The position numbers and the translations under genes are program-made. 64,000 bases of DNA from Kiritimatiellia bacterium (lineage in GTDB: Bacteria > Verrucomicrobiota > Kiritimatiellia > RFP12 > UBA1067), in assembly GCA_017542055.1 (NCBI GenBank), contig JAFXXW010000010.1, positions 11,438 to 75,437 of the forward strand, given 5' to 3'. Positions 56,715 through 63,561 of the stretch are shown here, piece after piece. The notes under the pieces were generated by a model, which saw nothing but the letters and a program-made list of their open reading frames with translations, made no database searches and was not told the origin of the DNA. How positions within the stretch are numbered: the stretch's first letter is position 1; the number at the start of each line of letters is the position of its first letter.

Positions 56715-57892
56715 CCCTGCATCTCCTTCACGAACCGTCCGGCCGGAACGTTTTTGGCGGTCGCCCTAAAGTCGAGCGGCAACTTGCCAAGCGCCGCGTA
56801 AAGCTCGTATTCGTGACGCCGACCCATCGCCCGGCAACTGAGGACCAAGTCGGAGATCCGGCCTTTCTCCGCCACGCCATACCCCACGAGACCCAAGTCG
56901 CCGTACTTGTCGCGCGTATACAGCACCTGGAAATCCACTCCGGGCCTTTCCGCGAGCTCTTTCACATCCCCTTCGCTCCAACGCCGCGTCGTCAAATTGA
57001 ACTGGTTGGCGCGCTGCGAAAGTTCCGCCACCCGCGCATATTCGTCCGGTCGGACTAAATGGAGGTCGCTGACGATCTCGAGACTCTCCAGATACTCGCC
57101 GTACCGCTTGAACTGCATCCGGTAGTCTTGCGTCCGGTCCTGGGCGCCGGGCTTCAAATGGCACGCGAACGCCCGACGGATCGCCTCGAGATCTCCGGGA
57201 TCGAGCACCGTCATTTCGGGATGGGCCATCTTCATCCGCTCGCGCTCGATAGCCCGATCGTCCGCGAAGACGAAACTTTCCAGCCCCAAGTTGAGCGCTT
57301 CGGCCAGATCCTCGGCGTTGACGCTTTTCGCCTCCCAATTGACGCGCACGGCCACAAAATCTTCCGCCTTGAGCCGCATGTCGGCGCGACGCCAAACTCC
57401 CGCCACGTCCTCCGGGTTGTTCTTGGAAATCCCTACGAGCAGCACTCCCTGCGCTTTCAGTTCGAGCGCCAATTCCTGCAGCGGCAGATTGGATCTCACG
57501 TTGTCAGCCCCCACCTCGCCCACGATGCCGCGCCAAAGCGTGTTGTCGAAGTCGAGCGCCAGGACTTTCTTGGGGGTCAGCGCCCGGCGAATCTCGTCGA
57601 CCAAGAATTCCAGTCCCTCCAGCGACCAGGGGCTCCCCGAAAGCGCCTCGCTCTTTTCGTCCCAATATTTCGCCTCGTCCGGTGCGCGCACGATCGGTAC
57701 GGTAACCGGCACCGGAATGCGCGGCTCGTCTTTCAATACCAGCACCGTATAGTCGCATTCGGGCAACTTGGGCTCCAGCAGCTCCTGCGCATACGAGCCA
57801 AAACCTTCCGCTTCCGTCACGTCGAACTCGTCCTTCAGCATTCTCGCCAAAAGCGCCGTTGTCGCATCCGAAAGTAGCTTCAGTTTGATCAT
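56711..57892 (-). CDS. FkbH-like HAD-IIIC family protein
   Basis: HAD motif I LALDFDNTLWRGIVGE, ISKNN, and FkbH-type LVLSCRAMGRRHE. ATG 57892 (MIKLKLL). Confidence 0.84.
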   Translation of the reverse strand: MIKLKLLSDATTALLARMLKDEFDVTEAEGFGSYAQELLEPKLPECDYTVLVLKDEPRIPVPVTVPIVRAPDEAKYWDEKSEALSGSPWSLEGLEFLVDEIRRALTPKKVLALDFDNTLWRGIVGEVGADNVRSNLPLQELALELKAQGVLLVGISKNNPEDVAGVWRRADMRLKAEDFVAVRVNWEAKSVNAEDLAEALNLGLESFVFADDRAIERERMKMAHPEMTVLDPGDLEAIRRAFACHLKPGAQDRTQDYRMQFKRYGEYLESLEIVSDLHLVRPDEYARVAELSQRANQFNLTTRRWSEGDVKELAERPGVDFQVLYTRDKYGDLGLVGYGVAEKGRISDLVLSCRAMGRRHEYELYAALGKLPLDFRATAKNVPAGRFVKEMQG

Positions 57893-58110
57893 CGGGTCAA
57901 AAGTCCGTAAAAATCCCGCAAGGTTTTGAGTTCCGGCACTTTTTTGATCGGCACGTCTACGCCATACTCGGCCTGGAACTTCATGACGAACAAAAGGTGC
58001 ATCACGCTGTCCCATTCCGGCACGTCGCCATAGCCCAAGTCGAGCGTGGGCGCCGACACCTTGAGCGTCTTGGCGGCAAATGCCAGAAATGCTGTTTCGT
58101 CCGGTTTCAT
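57889..58110 (-). CDS. acyl carrier protein
   Basis: 73 aa with a candidate phosphopantetheine site in VPEWDSVMHL. ATGA-coupled on both sides. Confidence 0.8.
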   Translation of the reverse strand: MKPDETAFLAFAAKTLKVSAPTLDLGYGDVPEWDSVMHLLFVMKFQAEYGVDVPIKKVPELKTLRDFYGLLTR

Positions 58111-59015
58111 GCGTAAATCAGCGCCATCGACGCCGACAGCCCTCCTCCAAATCCCGCGAGAAAACACCGTTTGGGCTTGCCCGGCTCGATCACCTTGCCG
58201 AGCGTCACCGGAATGGACGCCGATGCGCAATTGCCCGTTTCGTCGCCCGAAATCGCCAGTTTTTCTTCGAGCCCCAACCCGCGCGCCAGTTCCTTCACCA
58301 TGTACACGTTGGCCTGATGCGGCACGAACGCGTCCACTTGCTCGCCCGCGATAAACTCTTCCGCCCAACGGCTCACGTCGGACGCCGCAAAACGGAATAC
58401 GCCAAAGCCGTTCATCCGGAGCTTCCCGCCCGATACTTTAAGCTCGTCCGCCCGCGACCCGTCCGTCCAGAACGCGAATTTCCACGCTTCCTCTCCCCCG
58501 GGACCGATTAGCGTGGCGCTGCCGGCATCGGACAACAGCGCGGCAGTAGTGTTGTCCGCGAGCCTGGTCTGCACGTCACCGTCCAACACCAGCACCTTGC
58601 CGCCCAAATCTCCCGCGAGCCGAGCCGCCAAATACAGCGCGTAGGGATAGCCCGCGCACGCATGGCTAAGATCGAACGCCGCCGCGTCTTCCTTGAGGCC
58701 CAACTCCGCCTGCGCCAATTGCGCATTGCCCGGCATGGCGAGCTGGGGCGTGAAACTTACGCTCACGACCGCCACGATCTCTTCCGGCTTGACCGCGAGG
58801 CGCTCCAGCAATCGCCGCGCCGCCTGGACGCAGAGCGAGAGCGACGTTTCCCCTTCGCCCGCCACGCGCCGCTTCAGGATGCCCGTCGTCTTCAAAATCG
58901 CTTCCGCCTTGTCCCCGAAAAGCGTCCGGCAGGTGAGGAAATTGTCCACCTCGCGTTCGCCCAGTTGGACCTCCACGCCCAGAAATTCCGCGCCGCGCAC
59001 CTGAAAACTCTTCAT
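58107..59015 (-). CDS. KAS III (FabH)-like ketosynthase/acyltransferase
   Basis: Cys-His-Asn triad contexts DLSHACAGY, VPHQANVYM, GNCASASIP; 302 aa. Confidence 0.87.
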   Translation of the reverse strand: MKSFQVRGAEFLGVEVQLGEREVDNFLTCRTLFGDKAEAILKTTGILKRRVAGEGETSLSLCVQAARRLLERLAVKPEEIVAVVSVSFTPQLAMPGNAQLAQAELGLKEDAAAFDLSHACAGYPYALYLAARLAGDLGGKVLVLDGDVQTRLADNTTAALLSDAGSATLIGPGGEEAWKFAFWTDGSRADELKVSGGKLRMNGFGVFRFAASDVSRWAEEFIAGEQVDAFVPHQANVYMVKELARGLGLEEKLAISGDETGNCASASIPVTLGKVIEPGKPKRCFLAGFGGGLSASMALIYA

Positions 59016-59728
59016 CTGAGCGCCTCCAGTTCCTGCGCCGTAAGATCCCGCCATTCGCCGGGCTTGAGCCGGGGGTCCAGTTCCACTTTCCCCACCTTCG
59101 TCCGCTTGAGACTCAGCACCACCAGATGCGCCGCCGAGCACATATAGCGAATCTGCCGCTTGCGTCCCTCGCCCAACCGGAACACGAGGTCGGCCGTGTT
59201 GTTTTCGAGTACGCGCTTCACCTCCACCGGGCAAGGCCGCGTCCGGTAGCCGTCCGGCATCTCCACGCTCCCGCGCAAAATCGCGAGCTTCTCCTCGTTC
59301 CAACGACCCGCCACGCGCACTTCGTACGTCTTTTCGTGCTCGAATCTGGGGTGGGTGAGCCGGTTCACCAGCTCGCCGTCGTTGGACATGAGGAGCATCC
59401 CCTCGCTCTCCTTGTCGAGCCGACCCACCGGCACCAGCCGTTCCTTTACCTGGCCGCCCAGCAAGTCCGCTACCGTCTTTTCGCCAAAGGGATCGCTCAT
59501 CGTGGAGACCACCCCCACCGGCTTGTAGAGCATGATCGTACGATGCTTTTCCGCGCCGCCAATAGGCCTTCCGTCCACGCAAATCTTCACTTTCCCGGAC
59601 TCGAAACGCGCGCCCGGCTCCTTCACCACGAGACCGTCCACCGTCACCCGGCCGGACTCGACAAGCTCCGCCGCGTGACGCCTCGACGCCACTCCCGCAT
59701 GCGAAAGTATGTTCTGCAACCGTTCCAT
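59012..59728 (-). CDS. RsuA/RluB-family pseudouridine synthase
   Basis: S4 domain LQNILSHAGVASRR and catalytic VGRLDKESEGMLLMSNDG. Confidence 0.9.
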   Translation of the reverse strand: MERLQNILSHAGVASRRHAAELVESGRVTVDGLVVKEPGARFESGKVKICVDGRPIGGAEKHRTIMLYKPVGVVSTMSDPFGEKTVADLLGGQVKERLVPVGRLDKESEGMLLMSNDGELVNRLTHPRFEHEKTYEVRVAGRWNEEKLAILRGSVEMPDGYRTRPCPVEVKRVLENNTADLVFRLGEGRKRQIRYMCSAAHLVVLSLKRTKVGKVELDPRLKPGEWRDLTAQELEALR

Positions 59729-60426
59729 CACGCGCAATGTTTGGGGTTGCCCGTCGGCACGCCCACGATTCCCTTCGAAAGTCCCGTCCGCACCATCACG
59801 TACCGCTTGTTGCCGTCCGCGTCGATGAGCGTCGCCGCGCCGTCCAGAAAGCGCACCCAGTTTCCCGGCACGTACGGCTCGCTCCGGTTTTTGGCGCAGA
59901 GGAACGCGGCGATGTAAAGGTCGTGCGTGGTGGCGATGAGGAGCTGCTTTTGCCTCCGCTCCTCCAGCCACCGGTCGAGCGCCTCGGTGGCCGAATAGAG
60001 ATTGTTGAAGCCCGGCAGCTCCCCCGTCTCCATGTACGTCTTGCAGGCCGGGAAGAAATTCTCCACCTTGAACACCTCCAGCACTATCGACGCGTCCCGG
60101 TAATAGAAACTTTCGTTGCCCAAGAGACCCGACTCCGGAATCTTGAACGCCTGCAGCCCCATCCCGCTCGCGATGAGTTCGGCCGTCATCGTGGTGCGCC
60201 GCAAGGGCGAGGAGATGAAGTCCGTGTCGTACCGGAAATCCTGCAATTCCTCGCCCAACTTGCGTGCGGTCCGGCAGCCTTCTTCCGTCAGCGGCAGCGC
60301 ATCCCCGAAACTCGGGTCGTCCGGGTCCATCTTGGGCCGCTCGGCATGGCGGATCTGCAGAATGGCGCGCGTCCCCTTCTTGAGTTCCGCCTTGAATTCT
60401 TCGAGCGTCATCTCCGGCGGCATCAT
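59728..60426 (-). CDS. histidine phosphatase-family protein
   Basis: ILQIRHAERP (RHxxR/E motif) and later ATTHD. ATG 60426 overlaps the thiD stop. Confidence 0.72.
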   Translation of the reverse strand: MMPPEMTLEEFKAELKKGTRAILQIRHAERPKMDPDDPSFGDALPLTEEGCRTARKLGEELQDFRYDTDFISSPLRRTTMTAELIASGMGLQAFKIPESGLLGNESFYYRDASIVLEVFKVENFFPACKTYMETGELPGFNNLYSATEALDRWLEERRQKQLLIATTHDLYIAAFLCAKNRSEPYVPGNWVRFLDGAATLIDADGNKRYVMVRTGLSKGIVGVPTGNPKHCA

Positions 60427-61223
60427 CCCCGCATCCTTTCGAAACCCAAGACTCCGCAATCTTTCCCCACCCAATACGAATCGCGGATGGCTTTAAAAAC
60501 GTATTCCTTGGCGCCTTTTACCGCCTCTTTCAGCGTGGCCCCGAGCGTCAGTTCCGCCGCCATCGCCGCCGCAAAGGAGCAGCCCGTACCGTGCGTGGAA
60601 ACGGGGTTTTCCAGTCTCGGCGCGCCGAATTCGCTGAGCTCTTGTCCATCGTACAGCACGTCGATCGATTCCTTCCGGTCCTCCGAGTGCCCGCCCTTCA
60701 CGATCACGCCCACGCCGTACCGGTCGTACAGCGCCCGGGCCAAGAGTCTCGCGTCGTCCTCGCCGACCCTTCCCGCCAGTTCGCGCGCCTCCAGGAGATT
60801 GGGCGTGATCACGGTCGCGAGGGGCAAAAGTTCGCGCTTCAGCACCGCGATCGCCGACTCCTCGATAAGTTTCGCGCCCGAGGTGGCGATCATCACGGGG
60901 TCGATCACCTTCTTGATTTCCGGACGGGTTTTCAGACCCTCCGCCACCGCCTCGATGAGTTCGCCCGTCGCCAGCATTCCCGTCTTCAACGCGCCGATAT
61001 CGTACACGCCCAGCACCGCCTCCATTTGCGCGCGAACGAATTCCGGCGTGACGGGATAGATGGCGCTTACGCCAAAGGGATTTTGGGCCGTCAAAGCCGC
61101 GAAAACCGTACAGCCGTGAACTCCGTACGCATGGAACGCGCGCAAGTCGGCCTGCACCCCGGCATTGCCGCCGGAGTCGCTGCCTGCTATGGTTAGCGCG
61201 CAACTCTTCCCCGCCTTTTCCAT
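60423..61223 (-). CDS. thiD: hydroxymethylpyrimidine/phosphomethylpyrimidine kinase
   Basis: LTIAGSDSGGNAGVQADL, KTGML, and GTGCSFAAA at the C-terminus. Confidence 0.93.
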   Translation of the reverse strand: MEKAGKSCALTIAGSDSGGNAGVQADLRAFHAYGVHGCTVFAALTAQNPFGVSAIYPVTPEFVRAQMEAVLGVYDIGALKTGMLATGELIEAVAEGLKTRPEIKKVIDPVMIATSGAKLIEESAIAVLKRELLPLATVITPNLLEARELAGRVGEDDARLLARALYDRYGVGVIVKGGHSEDRKESIDVLYDGQELSEFGAPRLENPVSTHGTGCSFAAAMAAELTLGATLKEAVKGAKEYVFKAIRDSYWVGKDCGVLGFERMRG

Positions 61224-61234
61224 TATTTTCTAAT

Positions 61235-61263
61235 ATTATATCATATTCCCGCCCAAAAATCAA
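61235..61263 (-). promoter_or_regulatory. promoter cassette P6 (TTGATT-17-TATAAT), ATG 11 nt after -10
   Basis: The minus strand reads ttgatt tttgggcgggaatatga tataat attagaaaata ATG(61223). Confidence 0.68.
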
Positions 61264-61270
61264 GCAGAAT

Positions 61271-61417
61271 CTTGGATTTTCGATTTATGATTTTCGATTT
61301 GCGATTGTCCAATCGACATCTTGGATTTTCGATTTATGATTTTCGATTTGCGATTGCCCAATCGACATCTTGGATTTTCGATTTATGATTTTCGATTTGC
61401 GATTGCCCAATCGACAA
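61271..61417. repeat. 3 x 49-bp tandem repeat, each unit carrying palindrome CGATTG-NN-CAATCG
   Basis: Units at 61271-61319, 61320-61368 and 61369-61417 (cttggattttcgatttatgattttcgatttgcgattgYccaatcgaca). Palindromes at 61302-61315, 61351-61364 and 61400-61413. Confidence 0.92.
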
Positions 61418-61440
61418 TCCCTCAATACAATCCTAAATCC

Positions 61441-61477
61441 AATCGGTAAATCGATAAATCGGTAAATCGGTAAATCC
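61441..61477. repeat. 8-bp microsatellite (AATCGGTA)n
   Basis: aatcggta aatcgata aatcggta aatcggta aatcc; two further units at 61524-61542. Confidence 0.85.
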
Positions 61478-61667
61478 TACCCAAATGCAATCTTAAATCG
61501 TAAATCTAAAATCCAAAATCCCCAATCGGTAAATCGGTAAATGCCGGGGGGTGCCCACCCCCCTCGCCCATACCCCCCTTGAGCTTTTGGCAATTGGCAT
61601 ATTTGCGCTTATTATATAAGCGCTTGCAAATCTGCAAACAAAATCGCAACAATTGATAATGTATAAA

Positions 61668-62456
61668 TCATATGCGGCTTATGACTCGATTAAAAACGTC
61701 GCACCAGGCCGACTTGACGTCGAACTCGATATTGTCGCGCAATATTGGCATGGTATCAAGTTGGTAATCGCTCATCGCGAGTTTTAGCTCCATATTGGCA
61801 ACAAACTCTTTCTGGCTGGGCACGCTTCCGCACGAAGCAAGCATGAATCGTCGCCAACACTGCAACAGCCGGTCGACATCAACCTTGCCGCTATTGAGTG
61901 CGAGATGCATATCGTACAAATCCCGCCCCTTCCTGCGCTGATACATCGCCCGCAGTTTCGATCCTATAAGTTCATCCAGCCAATAGGTGTTTATGCCGCA
62001 TCCTCCCGAAAACCAACTGTTCTGAACCGAAAACGGAACTTCCACATATCCAAGTTCCGCAAAATGCTCGCTGGTGTTGACCTCTAGTTTTATGCGCATG
62101 GACTCCACCGGCATTATTTCGCTCTCGTAACGGAATTTCATCCGAAAGCCAAACCGGCGCTGCTCGAAAGTCTTGCCCGGCAACCACGACAACACTTCAT
62201 CCAATCGTTCCACTATCGGCTTTATCGCTCCCGCCTTGACCTGCACGAGATCAATATCTTCCGAATAGCGAGACTGCGGGCTCAAGTACAATTTATGTAG
62301 CGCCGTTCCGCCCCTGAACGCAAGATTCTCCCGCAGAAAATCGTCGGAAAAGATGGCCACGAGCGCCCGGCAGATAACCAGATCCTGCTCCACGAAACTC
62401 TTGCGCGACCAAGGATGCCCGGCGCTCCACTCGTTTATGCTATTGGCGCTGATCAT
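61668..62456 (-). CDS. abiEii: AbiEii/AbiGii-family nucleotidyltransferase toxin (type IV TA)
   Basis: LAFRGGTALHKLYL...RYSEDIDL, the DUF1814 nucleotidyltransferase signature. ATGA overlap with the upstream antitoxin gene. Confidence 0.88.
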   Translation of the reverse strand: MISANSINEWSAGHPWSRKSFVEQDLVICRALVAIFSDDFLRENLAFRGGTALHKLYLSPQSRYSEDIDLVQVKAGAIKPIVERLDEVLSWLPGKTFEQRRFGFRMKFRYESEIMPVESMRIKLEVNTSEHFAELGYVEVPFSVQNSWFSGGCGINTYWLDELIGSKLRAMYQRRKGRDLYDMHLALNSGKVDVDRLLQCWRRFMLASCGSVPSQKEFVANMELKLAMSDYQLDTMPILRDNIEFDVKSAWCDVFNRVISRI

Positions 62457-63286
62457 ACGTCCTCCACCTCTACTTCCACATTCGGCATTATCTTCCAGCG
62501 GTTGCTGCCGGAATCAAGCGTGTTCGCCGGGGAATGCTGATCAAGCAAGCGAACCGTCATTCGTCGACCGCACCCCTTCAACCCTTCGTACAACATATCG
62601 GCAAGCCGCTTGTCCTCCAGCGGATACTCCAACAAATATCCCAGCCGCTGCGCATCGACGATGCCGATCTTGCGCAACAATTCCGGACTCTGATTGAAAT
62701 CCAATTGCTCCTTCAATTCCGCAATCACCGTGGCAACATTCGAGAGCCCCCCGCAAATCGAATGGAAGCGCACCAGATCGAATGCGGTCAGCGCGGCATT
62801 CGAGAACCTGATCGTGCCGCCCTCGCCATTGCGCACAAATGTGGCGCTGTCGATAATTTCGCTTCGATACGCAAACTCCAAGGCGGCCTTCTTCAGTCTC
62901 GGCAAATGCAGTCTGGCGCCCGATGCCACCACATAGTCGCGCATCGCTCGCTGATGTCCCGCGCCCAAAACCGAGGCGGCGCTCAATAGTCCCACATAAT
63001 AAGGTCGCTTCAAATACTTCATCAGCTCGTCAATATAGAAAAATGGCGGAACCTTGCCATGCAACTTGTACGCCACCGGAATCTTCACGTAAAAACCGTT
63101 GCAGGGCGAAAAAACCTCCCCAGCCAACACCAAGCGCTTGATAGCAGTGGCTATATGTCCATTCTTGGCATCTGGAAATGCCTGCTTCAACTCAATGAGT
63201 GTGGTCATCGACCGACCCTTGAGTTCTTGATCGATAATATAATCTGCTACTGTCATTGCATTTCTGTTGTCATTAATGGTCGCCAC
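62453..63286 (-). CDS. abiEi: AbiEi-family antitoxin / transcriptional regulator (type IV TA)
   Basis: N-terminal wHTH-like region and the conserved RPYYVGLLSAASVLGAGHQ block typical of AbiEi. GTG start at 63286; alternative ATG at 63256. Confidence 0.84.
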   Translation of the reverse strand: MATINDNRNAMTVADYIIDQELKGRSMTTLIELKQAFPDAKNGHIATAIKRLVLAGEVFSPCNGFYVKIPVAYKLHGKVPPFFYIDELMKYLKRPYYVGLLSAASVLGAGHQRAMRDYVVASGARLHLPRLKKAALEFAYRSEIIDSATFVRNGEGGTIRFSNAALTAFDLVRFHSICGGLSNVATVIAELKEQLDFNQSPELLRKIGIVDAQRLGYLLEYPLEDKRLADMLYEGLKGCGRRMTVRLLDQHSPANTLDSGSNRWKIMPNVEVEVEDV

Positions 63287-63314
63287 CTGTCCATTTCTGA
63301 TTAGGTTTGTGCAT

Positions 63315-63344
63315 ATTATATCATATTCCAGCCCGAAAAGTCAA
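63315..63344 (-). promoter_or_regulatory. promoter cassette P7 (TTGACT-18-TATAAT) for abiEi-abiEii
   Basis: The minus strand reads ttgact tttcgggctggaatatga tataat. Confidence 0.62.
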
Positions 63345-63366
63345 GCGTTTTCTTGCCTAATTTGTT

Positions 63367-63518
63367 TCGCAAAGTCCCTGAAAACCTCTCGCAAAGTCCC
63401 CAAGAATGCTCCGCAAAGCCGCCCGCCACGCTCCGCGGTGAGGGACTTTGGTCTCCACGGAGAGGGACTTTACTCTCCGCGGTGAGGGACTTTGGTCTCC
63501 GCGGTGAGCCGCACCTTT
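63367..63518. repeat. seven 22-bp tandem units in two inverted sub-arrays (iteron-like / operator array)
   Basis: TCGCAAAGTCCC cores at 63367 and 63389, with a degenerate copy at 63411. Then CTCCGCGGTGAGGGACTTTGGT-type units at 63431, 63453, 63475 and 63497. AAAGTCCCT and AGGGACTTT are reverse complements. Confidence 0.88.
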
Positions 63519-63561
63519 CTCCGGGCGAAGGCTTGATTCCACCGGAAGATTACACAAGGCT

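Larger units (their letters stand above)
61232..61439 (-). repeat. right copy of inverted homologous block (promoter plus upstream region, internal unit triplicated)
   Basis: Its reverse complement matches 30971-31066. The 33-nt stretch 61407-61439 is identical to the reverse complement of 30971-31003. Confidence 0.9.

Noticed and set aside
61271-61545. Possible CRISPR array (regular short repeats upstream of thiD)
   Set aside because: The repeats are contiguous tandem units (49 bp x3, 8 bp x4-6) with no unique spacers between them. No cas genes or leader are present.
61605-61623. Hairpin GCGCTTAT-tat-ATAAGCGC 45 nt downstream of abiEii, as a terminator
   Set aside because: It is a perfect 8-bp stem, but no U-tract follows on the abiE (minus) strand. 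It may still be a structural or binding element. Not called.
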